Positions 36,224 to 48,350 of a stretch of DNA of 64,000 nt are shown one piece after another; position 1 is the first letter of the stretch, and every line of letters begins with the position of its first letter. Source of the stretch: Pristiophorus japonicus. Its lineage: Eukaryota. Both the position numbers and the translations under genes were made by a program. Below the pieces are notes generated by a model that ran no database searches, was not told the origin of the DNA, and saw only the letters and a list, made by a program, of their open reading frames with translations. The stretch lies in NCBI RefSeq assembly GCF_044704955.1, contig NC_091980.1, positions 26,846,001-26,910,000 of the forward strand, in the 5' to 3' direction.

Positions 36224-38604
36224 ATAACTGTCGAAATCTCGACCTCCGAAAAGAATGACTCCGACACTTACAGCTCCGATAGAAGTTTCCTTTTTAATTT
36301 ACTTGCTCGCAAGGGGTAGGTTTCACTCAGTCAAGGGCTAAATGAACACTTCCGCAATGGTACAGCTTCACAAGATATTTATACAGTAAAACCCAAGTTC
36401 TGGCCTCTCCCTGTGTATTGCTCTGTCTCACAGTCAGTGAATACAGATAAAGAGTTAATTACTATATCCTGGTCCTGACATGGTGTCAAGATATTTCCTT
36501 TTGTCAGGGTTATCAGAAAGCCAAACAGCCATTACTCCATGAGTCATAGGTAATGGGCTATCACCTGTCTTGTATTGTGTCAGGATTATCCAATTTCCTG
36601 GTCAGTTTACCTGTTTGCTTCAAATGGATGAGGTAAAGGAAAGAGATAATGGCTAGAAGATAAGGGTGGGGTGACATGGAACTCCTGTAGTGTAGACAAT
36701 AGGAGAGCACCATGGGGGGTTACTTGTCTCAGCATGACTTGTCTCCTAGCTGTCTGATAACCATCAGCCATCTAACAGCAGGTTTAGCTGTTTATGCAAG
36801 CTGGCTGCTAAAATGCAGAAAGTTCTGGAAGGGCCAGGACTCCATTTTAATCAAAAGGCACACAAATACCGTATGGTATCAGCTTAGATAAAAATACATT
36901 TCCACAATGACACCTCGGTCTCGTTGCACCTCCCCTTTTTCTAGTCTGCCGCCATTCAGATAATATTCTGCCTTCATGTTTTTGCCCCCAAAATCGATAA
37001 CCTCACATTTATCCACATTATGCTGCATCTGCCATGAATTTGCCCACTCACCTAATCTGTCCAAGTCACCCTGCAGCCCCTTGGCGTCCTCCTCACAGCT
37101 CACACCGCCACCAGTTTAGTGTCATCTGCAAACTTGGAGATATTACACTCTATTCCTTCATCTAAATCGTTAATGTATATTGTAAAGAGCTGGGGTCCTA
37201 GCACTGAGCCCTGCGGCACCCCTGCCATTCTGAAAAGGACCCATTTATCCCGACTCTCTGCTTCCTGTCTGCCAACCAGTTCTCTATCCACGTCAGTACA
37301 TTACCGCCAATACCATACGCTTTGATTTTGTACACCGATCTCTTGTGCGGGACCTTGTCAAAAGCCTTTTGAAAGTCCAAATACACCACATCCACTGCTT
37401 CTCCCTTGTCCACTCTACTAGTTACATCCTCAAAAAATTCCAGAAGATTCGTCAAGCATGATTTCCCTTTCATAATTCCATGCTGACTCGATCCGATCCT
37501 GTCACTGCTTTCCAAATGGGCTGCTATTTCATCCTTAATGATTGATTCCAACATTTTCCCCACTACTGATGTCAGGCTAACCGGTCTATAATTACCCGCT
37601 TTACTCTCCCTCCTTTTTTAAAAAGTGCCGTTACATTAGCTACCCTCCAGTCCATAGGAACTGATCCAGAATTGATAGATTGTTGGAAACTGATCACCAA
37701 TGCATCCACTTTCTTAAGTACTCTGGGATGCAGACTATCAGGACTCGGGGATTTATCGGCCTTTAATCCCATCAATTTCCCTAACACAATTTCCCGCCTA
37801 ATAAGAATATCTTTCAGTTCCTCATTCTCACTAGACCCACTGTCCCCGAGTACATTCGGAAGGTTATTTGTATCTTCCTTTGTGAAGACAGAACATAGAA
37901 ACATAGAACCGAAGTATTGGTTCAATTGGTCTGCCAATTCTTTTTTCCCCATTATAAATTCACCTGAATCCGAATGCAAGGGACCTACGCTTGTCTTTAC
38001 TAATCTTTTTCTCTTCACATATTTATAGAAGCTTTTGTAGTCAGTTTTTATGTTCCCTGCAAGCTTCCTCTAGTACCCTATTTTCCCCTTCTTAATTAAA
38101 CACTTAGTCCTCCTCTGTTGAATTCTAAATTTCTCCCAATCCTCAGGTTTGTTGCTTTTTCTAGCCAATTTAAATGCCTCTTCCTTGGTTTTAACACTAT
38201 CCTTAATTTTCCTTGTTAGCCATGGTTGAGCCACCTTCCCAGTTTTATTTTTATTCCAGAAAGGGATGTACAATTGCTGAAGTTCATCCATGTGATCTTT
38301 AATTGTTTGCCATTGCTTATCCATCGTCAACCCTTTAAGTATCCTCTGCCAGTCTATTCCAGCCAATTCACACCTCATACCGTCGAAGTTACTTTTCCTT
38401 AAGTTCAAGAACCTAGTTTCCAAATTAACTTTGTCATTCGCTATCTTAATAAGGAATTCTACCATATTATGGTCACTTTTCCCCAAGGGGCCTCGCACAA
38501 TAAGATTGCGAATTAGTCCCTTCTCATTACACATCACCCAGTCTAGGATGGCCAGCTCCCTGGTTGGTTCCTCGACATATTGGTCTAGAAAAACCATCCC
38601 TAAT

Positions 38605-41398
38605 CCAGGATGATCAGGGCTGGGAACTCAACATCCAGGGGTATTCAACATTCAGGAAGGATAGAATAAAAGGAAAAGGAGGTGGGGTAGCATTGCTGGT
38701 TAAAGAGGAGATTAATGCAATAGTTAGGAAAGACATTAGCTTGGATGATGTGGAATCTATATGGGTAGAGCTGCAGAACACCAAAGGGCAAAAAACGTTA
38801 GTGGGAGTTGTGTACAGACCTCCAAACAGTAGTAGTGATGTTGGGGAGGGCATCAAACAGGAAATTAGGAGTGCATGCAATAAAGGTGCAGCAGTTATAA
38901 TGGGTGACTTTAATATGCACATAGATTGGGCTAACCAAACTGGAAGCAATACGGTGGAGGAGGATTTCCTGGAGTGCATAAGGGATGGTTTTCTAGACCA
39001 ATATGTCGAGGAACCAACTACGGGGGAGGCCATCTTAGACTGGGTGTTGTGTAATGAGAGAGGATTAATTAGCAATCTCATTGTGCGAGGCCCCTTGGGG
39101 AAGAGTGACCATAATATGGTGGAATTCTGCATTAGGATGGAGAATGAAACAGTTAATTCAGAGACCATGGTCCAGAACTTAAAGAAGGGTAACTTTGAAG
39201 GTATGAGGCATGAATTGACTAAGATAGATTGGCTAATGATACTTAAGGGGTTGACTGTGGATGGGCAATTTCCAGACATTTAGAGACCGCATGGATGAAT
39301 TACAACAATTGTACATTCCTGTCTGGCGTACAAATAAAAAAGGGAAGGTGGCTCAACTGTGGCTATCTAGGGAAATCAGGGATAGTATTAAAGCCAAGGA
39401 AATGGCATACAAATTGGCCAGAAATAGCAGCGAACCTGGGGACTAGGAGAAATTTAGAACTCAGCAGAGGAGGACAAAGGGTTTGATTAGGGCAGGGAAA
39501 ATGGAGTACGAGAAGAAGCTTGCAGGGAACATTAAGGCGGATTGCAAAAGTTTCTATGGGTATGTAAAGAGAAAAAGGTTAGTAAAGACAAACGTAGGTC
39601 CCCTGCAGTCAGAATCAGGGGAAGTCATAACGGGAACAAAGAAATGGCAGACCAATTGAACAAGTACTTTGGTTCAGTATTCACTAAGGAGGACACAAAC
39701 AACCTTCCGGATATAAAAGGGGTCAGAGGGTCTAGTAAGGAGGAGGAACTGAGGGAAATCTTTATTAGTCGGGAAATTGTGTTGGGGAAATTGATGGGAT
39801 TGAAGGCCGATAAATCCCCAGGGCCTGATGCACTGCATCCCAGAGTACTTAGGAGATGGCCTTGGAAATAGCGGATGCATTGACAGTCATTTTCCAACAT
39901 TCCATTGACTCTGGATCAGTTCCTATCGAGTGGAGGGTAGCCAATGTAACCCCACTTTTTAAAAAAGGAGGGAGAGAGAAAGCAGGGAATTATAGACCGG
40001 TCAGCCTGACCTCAGTAGTGGGTAAAATGATGGAATCAATTATTAAGGATGTCATAGCAGCGCATTTGGAAAATGGTGACATGATAGGTCCAAGTCAGCA
40101 TGGATTTGTGAAAGGGAGATCATGCTTGACAAATCTTCTGGAATTTTTTGAGGATATTTCCAATAAAGTGGACAAAGGAGTACCAGTTGATGTGGTATAT
40201 TTGGACTTTCAGAAGGCTTTCGACAAGGTCCCACACAGGAGATTAATGTGCAAAGTTAAAGCACATGGGATTGGGGGTAGTGTGCTGACGTGGATTGAGA
40301 ACTGGTTGTCAGACAGGAAGCAAAGAGTAGGAGTAAATGGGTACTTTTCGGAATGGCAGGCAGTGACTAGTGGGGTACCGCAGGGTTCTGTGCTGGGGCC
40401 CCAGCTGTTTACATTGTACATTAATGATTTAGACGAGGGGATTAAATGTAGTATCTCCAAATTTGCGGATGACACTAAGTTGGGTGGCAGTGTGAGCTGC
40501 GAGGAGGATGCTATGAGGCTGCAGAGTGACTTGGATAGGTTAGGTGAGTGGGCAAATGCATGGCAGATGAAGTATAATGTGGATAAATGTGAGGTTATCC
40601 ACTTTGGTGGTAAAAACAGGGAGACAGACTATTATCTGAATGGTGACAGATTAGGAAAAGGGAAGGTGCAACGAGACCTGGGTGTCATGGTACATCAGTC
40701 ATTGAAGGTTGGCATGCAGGTACAGCAGGCGGTTAAGAAAGCAAATGGCATGTTGGCCTTCATAGCGAGGGGATTTGAGTACAGGGGCAGGGAGGTGTTG
40801 CTACAGTTGTACAGGGCCTTGGTGAGGCCACACCTGGATTATTGTGTACAGTTTTGGTCTCCTAACTTGAGGAAGGACATTCTTGCTATTGAGGGAGTGC
40901 AGCGAAGATTCACCAGACTGATTCCCGGGATGGTGGGACTGACCTATCAAGAAAGACTGGATCAACTGGGCTTGTATTCACTGGAGTTCAGAAGAGTGAG
41001 AGGGGACCTCATAGAAACGTTTAAAATTCTGACGGGTTTGGACAGGTTGGATGCAGGAAGAATGTTCCCAATGTTGGGGAAGTCCAGAACCAGGGGTCAC
41101 AGTCTAAGGATAAGGGGTAAGCCATTTAGGACCGAGATAAGGAGAAACTTCTTCACCCAGAGAGTGGTGAACCTGTGGAATTCTCTACCACAGAAAGTAG
41201 TTGAGGCCAATTCACTACATATATTCTAAAGGGAGTTAGATGAAGTCCTTACTACTCGGGGGATCAAGGGGTATGGCGTGAAAGCAGGAAGGGGATACTG
41301 AAGTTTCATGTTCAGCCATGAACTCATTGAATGGCGGTGCAGGCTAGAAGGGCTGAATGGCCTGCTCCTGCACCTATTTTCTATGTTTCTATGTTTCT
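38605..41398 (+). mobile_element. Young 5'-truncated CR1 LINE inserted head-to-head in the older CR1
   Basis: Endonuclease (MGDFN, SDH) and a 457-aa RT ORF at 39856-41229 (FADD); tttctatg tail; ctaat duplicated at the junctions. Confidence 0.93.
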
Positions 41399-43067
41399 AA
41401 TACACTCCAGCAAAATCCTCCTCCACCGCATTGCTACCAGTTAGGTTAGCCCAATCTATATGTAGATTAAAGTCGCCCATGATTACTGCTGTACCTTTAT
41501 TGCACACATCCCTTATTTCTTGTTTGATGCTGTCCCCAACCTCACTACTACTATTTGGTGGTCTATACACAACTCCCACTAGCGCTTTCTGGCCTTTGGA
41601 ATTCCGCAGCTCCACCCATACCGATTCCACATCATCCAGGCTAATGTCCTTCCTTACAATTGCATTGATTTCCTCTTTAACCAGCAATGCCACCCCGCCT
41701 CTTTTTCCTTTCTGTCTATCCTTCCTAAATGCTGAATACCCTTGGATGTTGAGTTCCCAGCCTTGGTCACACTGGAGTCATGTCTCCGTGATGCCAATCA
41801 CATCGTATCCGTTAACTGCTATCTACGCAATTAATTCATCCACCTTATTTCGAATACTCCTCACATTGAGGCACAGAGGCTTCAGGCTTGTCTTCTTAAC
41901 ACACTTTGCCCCTTTTGAATCTTGCTGTAATGTGGCCCTTTTTGCTTTTTGCCTTGGGTTTCTCTGCCCTCCACTTTTACTATTCTCCATTCTATCTTTT
42001 GCTTCTGCCCCCCTTCTATTTCCCTCTGTCTCCCTGCATATGTTCCCATCCCCTTGCCATATTAGTTTAACTCCTCCCCAACAGCACTAGCAGACACTCC
42101 CCCTAGGACATTGGTTCCAATCATGCCCAGTTGCAGACCGTCCGGTTTGTACTGGTCCCACCTCCCCCAGAACCGGTTCCAATGTCACAGGAATTTGAAT
42201 CCCTCCCTTCTGCACCATTTTTCAAGCCACGTATTCACCTGAGCTATCCTGTGATTCCTACTCTGACTAGCACGTGGCACTGGTAGCAAACCTGAGATTA
42301 CTACTTTTGAGGTCCAACTTTTTAATTTAACGCCCAGCTCCCTAAATTCGTCTCGTAAGACCTCATCCCATTTTTTACCTATATCGTTGGTACCTATATG
42401 CATCACGACAACTGGCTGTTCACCCTCCCTTTTCAGAATGTCCTGCACCTGCTCCGAGATATCCTTGACCCTTGCACCAGGGGGGCAACATACCATCCTG
42501 GAGTCTCAGTTGCGGCCGCAGAAACGACTATCTATTCCCCTTACAATTGAATCCCCTATCACTATCGCTCTCCCAATCTTTTTCCTGCTCTCCCGTGCAG
42601 CAGAGCCAGCCACGGTGCCATGAACTTGGCTGCTGCTGCTCTCCCCTGATGAGTCATCCCCCTCAACAGTACCCAAAGCGGTGTATCTGTTTTGCAGTGG
42701 GATGACTGCAGGGGACCCCTGCACTACCTTCCTTGCACTGCTCTTCCTGTTGGTCTTCCATTCCCTATCTGGCTGTGGACCCTTCACCTGTGGTAAGACC
42801 AACTCACTAAACGTGCTATTCACGTCATTCTCAGCATCATGCATGCTCCAGAGTAAATCCACCCGCAGTTCCAGCTCCGCAACGCTGGAGCCGGCACACT
42901 TCCCGCACACGTAGTTGTCAGGGACACCAGAAGTGTTCCTGACTTCCCACATAGTACAGGAGGAGCATAACACATGTCTGAGCTCTCCAGCCATGACTTA
43001 ACTCTTAGATACACTTAAATTGGCAACAACAATGCTAAAAGTTAATTACTGATATATATAAGGACGG

Positions 43068-43166
43068 GAGAGTGGAGAGCACCAGTTCCAACTGTCACAG
43101 GAGAGAGAGTGGAGAGCACCAGTTCCAACTGTCGCAGGAGAGAGAGTGGAGAGCACTAGTTCCAAA
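43068..43166. repeat. About 39-bp tandem repeat x2.5 at the CR1 5' end
   Basis: gagagtggagagcaccagttccaactgtc unit repeated. Confidence 0.8.
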
Positions 43167-43539
43167 TGGGATCATTCTCTATTCAGCCGCTTCGATCCCC
43201 AAGCTCTGGAATTCCCTCCCTCGGCCTCTCTGCCTCTTTCTCTCTACCTCTGTAAGATGCTCCTTAAAACTAACCTCTTTGACCAAGCTTTTTGTCACCT
43301 GTTCTATTGTGATATGTGAAAGGGGCATTTCCATAAAATTTGATTGGGTATATAGAGAGAAACTATTTCCTCTGGTGGGGGGATGGGGCATAACCTTAAA
43401 CTTAGAAGTAGGCCTTCAGGGGTGGTGTCAGGAAGCACTTCTTCACACAAAGGGTAGTGGATACCTGGAACTTACTCCCACAAATAGATGTTCAGGCTGG
43501 GGTTCAATTGAAAATGAAAATAGATTACACAAACTAGGG

Positions 43540-44050
43540 CTGCATTGGAGTACTGTGTTCAGTTCTGGAAACCACACCTTACGAAGAATATATTGTACTT
43601 GGAGGGAGTGCAGCATAGATTTACCGTAATGATAACTGGACTCCAAGGAATAAATTACAAGGAAAGATTACACAAACTAGGGTTGTATTCCCTGGAATTT
43701 GGAAGGTTAACGGGTGATTTGGTTGAAGTTTTCAAGATGTTAAGGGGAACTGGTAAAGTAGGTAGCGAGAACCTATTTCTGCTGGTTGGGCAGTCTAGGA
43801 TTAGGAGACATAGCCTAAAGGTAGAGCCAGGCCTTTTTGGAGTGAAGTTAGGAAACCCTTTTCCACAAATGGCAATTGATGCTCGGTCAATTGTTAAGTT
43901 TATATCAGAGATTGATAGAATTTTGTTAAACAAAGGTATTAAGGGATTTGGGGCAAAGGCGGGTAAATGGAGTTAGGTCACAGATCAGCCATTATCTCAA
44001 TGAATGGCGGAACAGGCTCGAGGGGCCGAATGACTTCCTCCTGATCGTCT
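43540..44050 (+). mobile_element. CR1 3' fragment
   Basis: EYCVQFW...YKERLHKLGLYSLE motifs. Confidence 0.8.
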
Positions 44051-44394
44051 GCTCCTTGCAATGGTCCTATGTGCCTCCCTGTAAAATTTTGTCTGATTAT
44101 GTTCCTGTGAAGCGCCTTGGGATGTTTTACGACATTAAGGGCGCTATATAAATGCAAGTTGTTGTTGTGTGATACAAGGCAGCTGATTGTTGCATCACTA
44201 AGAGCTGCCCAAGCATTGCAGAATGGTCCCAGGAATGAGAGACTTCAGTGATGTGGAGAGGCTGGAGAATCTGGGATTGTTCTCCTTAGAGCATAGAAGT
44301 TTAAAGGGCGGTTTAATAGAGGTGTTCAAAATAATGAGTACATAGGGAGAAACTGGAGGTGACTAACATTACATCTTTAGAAGTTACACATCAT

Positions 44395-46888
44395 GGGCCC
44401 AAATTTCCCCAGCCACCTAGAGCGACATAGTTAGCCGCGGTACGCCAACTTCGTGGGGCAAGAAATGCGCCAAAAATTTACTTTTTAATTTGGCCGCTCC
44501 TGCATCGGTCTGGTCCCGTGGCATGGCGCTGCAGACTGCGGGGGGGCGGAGCTTCGGCCACGCTTGCTCAGCGCAGCCGGCAGGGGGGCAGAGCTTGGGC
44601 CCAGCATGTCCTCGAGTGCTGGCAGGGGACGCATGTCCGTTGCAGCGATGCGCGTTTCGGCGTGCGCGCATTCGCAATGGAGCAGGAAGCTTGGCAATCG
44701 GCCAATTAAAGGGAGAGCGTCCTCAGTGCCTCAGCAGCATTGGCAATGAATCATATATAAAGGTAAGGTGTAAATGGTGATTTTTGGGTGGCTGAGGGAG
44801 AGGAAAGGAGTGCTTCATAGGTGGAAGAAAGGTGAGAACTGTGATTTTTCAAGATAACCTGAGTGTTAGTCCAATACACCAATGACGCAAGAGCGTGCAA
44901 CAAGAACAAAGAATTTCCTCCATGAGGAAGTTGAGAAACTAGTCACTGTCATTGAGGAAAAATGGCTGGAACTGGATATCAGTAAGAGTGGTCCCACAAA
45001 AGTTCCACCCAAAGAAATGAAAACACCTAGTTGCAGAAGAATACTCCGCAGGGGTGAATACCGCAAGATCTGGAAGCCAGTGCAAAAAGAAATGGCAGGA
45101 CGTTGGTCAAGTAGTGAGTGTAAGTAATATATTCATCTTTAAATGGAATTGCAATTGTAAATGTGACCATCTGTATATGACCCACCCATCAGAAGCACAC
45201 CATGTGTGAAAAGTTATATTTTCAACTTTGCAGAAGAAATTAGCCCACAACAAAAGGGAATGACTTAGAACAGGAGGAGGGCCGCCAAATCTGCACCAAC
45301 TATCACCCCTGGAACAGAGGGTTGCTGCCTTGCTGAATAGCACCTGCAGAAAAAGAATCAGCTTTGCACAAGCTGGACCCACACGCGAGGGTGAGGTTGA
45401 GTCATTAAAATGCATCGTCGCCCTTCAAATCAACCTGCTGACTGGCCTGTTACGCTACTAACCATTTGACTGTTCTATTGTATTTTGCAGAAGAAGAAGA
45501 CAATCCTGAACATCCTGAAGATCTACTAGAAGATCCAGATTCGTGCGCTCCAGATCAAGGCGGGTGGGGGGAGGAGGGGTCCATGGAAATATGTTCACAG
45601 GAAAATGCTGATTGTGATATGGATCAGTTCATAGTACAGGGCATCACACTGCCAGAAACCTCCATGAGCTCCACGGTGACATTCCATTGTTTCACAGCTT
45701 CCAAGGTTGTGGGTCCCAGTGGCGATGGTGAAATGCATGTTGGAACACCGGTGCCCCATCGTCCCAGCCTGCGCCTCTCACTGGAGGGGTGCCACTAGGC
45801 AGACCCACGGTGAGGGGAAGGAGAAGCCGACCAGTCTCTCCTGAGATGCAGCCTTCATCAGATATTAATCAGGTTATGTCATTGTGTGAGGAGGCCAATG
45901 CCCTTACAAGATCACTCGTGGCGACCGTCAGTAGGGTGCGTGATGAGGTAGCGATACTGTCGGAAGAAATATCAGCACTGAGACAGGAACTGAGTGCGGG
46001 CATTTCAGAGGGTGTGCAAACGATGGCAGATGCCAAGAGGGAGCTAACTGCTGCAATAGGGCACAAAGGCTGGATACTCAAATGCCACTCCCACTTCAAT
46101 CCATACACCAGCCACCGGTGAGACCCAAGCCGGGCCCCCAACCACGACCACCACCATCATCGACCCTATGAGGACGTGTACTTTCCCCGAGATGTGGGTG
46201 AGGGATGGGTGCAGTCTTTCTTTGCTGTTGTTAATGTTGTTGCTGTTGTTGTTGTTGTTGTAGTGTATTGTAAACTTTCCAATAAAAGATATTTTGCATT
46301 AAGACTGAATCATGTTCCATTATCACCACACAACATTTAGGTCATGCGTGCCTGTCGCCCCTAGCTCTAGCCGAAAGGCTAACCGGTGCGTTCTGCAGTC
46401 GGCAAGGCAGGACTGCTCTATTTTTAGTAGCTGATTTAGCTTTCTTTTATTTTTGATGATATCGTGAAGATGTTGTGCTGAAGTTGTTTTGATTTTGTGC
46501 TGATGCTGTGAAAGTGTTTAGTGCTTTAGAATCCTCTAACTCATCTCCCTACACGCCGCCCCCCCCCCCAACCCGCTGCCCCGCCCCTATCTCTGGCTAC
46601 CTGCGCTGATTTCTTAAATGTGGGTAAGGTTTTCCTGTGCCTACAAAAGTGGCCACATACATTGGCCTAAGTTAGTTTGGAGTACCTTTTAGCTGGCCAA
46701 ATTTGCTTCTATGGCCAAGTGGCTCGTCACGCCCCCTTTTGGAGAAAAAAAACGAAACTTAAAAAAAACCTAACTAACTGACTTATACTGGAGCAAGATA
46801 AATGGGGAAAATTGCAATTCTTAAGTTGCTCCAAAAAAAGCTACTTGCTCCAAAAAATGCAGGGCAACTCCTGGGTAAATTTGAGCCC
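44395..46888 (+). mobile_element. Non-autonomous Harbinger derivative carrying a degenerate Myb/SANT gene
   Basis: TIRs GGGCCCAAATTTCCCCAG / CTGGGTAAATTTGAGCCC; RTKNFLHEEVEKLV and KKLAHNKRE*LRTGGGP exons; no transposase. Confidence 0.85.
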
Positions 46889-47243
46889 ATAGATGTTATG
46901 TATATAAATGATACATATGTAAGGTGTTTCACTAATATCCTTTAGTGAAGGAAACCTGTCTGGGCCTATATGTGACTACAGTCCCACACCAACATGGTTG
47001 ACTCATAACTGCCCTCTGAAATGGACACAGTTTGTATCAAACCCGCAACCAGCAGTTCAAGAAGAAGGCTCACCACCATCTTCTCAAGGGGCAACTAGAG
47101 ATGGGCAATAAATGCCAGCCTTGCCAACGACACCCACATTCCGAGAATTAATTTTCAAAAATTGAACGAGTGAGTCACTTCTTGATGTACATCGGCGCAT
47201 TGTTCTAAAATGGTACTACAGTAATTAATGGCTGTTTTTGCAG

Positions 47244-47340
47244 GTACCAATTCTAATGAATGGAAAGTCGGACTGCTTACTGCTGGGATCATGTTGATTG
47301 TTGCACTGGTTGGATTCATAATCTTCAAGTACGTGCGAAA
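47244..47340 (+). CDS. Siglec transmembrane exon
   Basis: Acceptor tttgcAG and donor GTAAGT; 97 nt, phase 1-2. Encodes GTNSNEWKVGLLTAGIMLIVALVGFIIFKYVRK; no charged residue in the TM core. Confidence 0.92.
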
Positions 47341-48350
47341 GTAAGTGCAAAGGTTTAACTTAGTTTTTTTTCCAAATCTTCACTTCAATCCTCACTCCAT
47401 AAGACAGTGAGTGTTTCCCTCAGGTTCAGTAGCAGACGCCATTCGCATATGCGGGTCGTGTCTCCCATATAATGTGGAGTGCGCCATTCACGGCTCTGTA
47501 TCGAGGTGAATGCTAACGAGGTCCAGAGATCCCTCACTCTGCACGCTAGCTGCTGGATTGTACCAGGTCACCTTGTGATTCGACAAATCAAACGTGACGA
47601 CATCTTGATAAACAATTCATGTGTTGGGAAGCACTTTAGGATGTCCCGACGATGTGAATAAAGAACTGCACAGTCGTATGTTCTTTCTTTCTATCTCTCT
47701 CTCCCTGATTTAGATTTGTTGATACGGATTCTTTTCCCTCAATCTGTTTCAGCGAATACACTGACTCGAACACTTTAAAGTTTAGTTCAAATTAACTTTA
47801 TTCAGGCTTCATCGATGAAGTCTTGCTCTGATAAAGGGGTACCGACTCCATGAGTCTGTCGAATCCACCAGAGCAAGCAAAATCATTACAAAAACAAGAC
47901 AGTTATACAGTTCATGATCGGTACAACCCTTTTTCATTGTCCTATCACATCAACTACCGTGTCTTAGATACAAGCTAAATTAGTCATTTACACAGTGAAG
48001 TAAGCAATGTCCCTAATCATGAGTGAAGATTAAGTCATCTCCAGCTTATCTTTGTTTTGCCGGCAAGGAATGCACAGTTCTGCTTCTCTGGGTATTCCTA
48101 CAGTTTGCCCCTACATCTGTTGCTACAGTCCCATTATTATCAGACGGTTCCTCAAGGTTGTTTCACAAAAACAAGTCACTCATTGTTCTCCCCTATAGTG
48201 AGATCTGAAGAGTCAGCGATAACCATGAGCGGCCATTTTAGAAAGAGTTAATACATTTGAAATTAGTACGGATAGTACATATAAAGTTAGTAGCTATATT
48301 GATACAGATTCTCATTCCCCCCTTTTATCATTTTATGATAACTCAGTATC

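Larger units (their letters stand above)
31414..36906 (-). mobile_element. Endogenous retrovirus 1 (class I/epsilon-like), internally deleted
   Basis: 678-bp LTRs 31414-32091 and 36229-36906 with about 2 differences seen; TSD ATGA; PPT next to 32091; integrase and env ORFs. Confidence 0.96.
30699..43030 (-). mobile_element. Near full-length CR1 LINE (ORF1 and ORF2) split by an ERV and a second CR1
   Basis: ORF1 at about 42185-42994 (Cys-rich N-terminus, IGDSIVR, CPPGARV); ORF2 pieces 41400-41800, 36907-38604 and 30797-31413; atagaaac tail at 30699. Confidence 0.92.

Noticed and set aside
38614-42090. Long ORFs antisense to CR1 coding regions (e.g. 38614-39279, 41431-42090) and similar ORFs opposite Gypsy pol
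   Set aside because: Shadow ORFs of TE coding sequence with no independent motifs.
44882-46121. Host NAIF1/MSANTD gene
   Set aside because: Stops and frameshifts; located between Harbinger TIRs.
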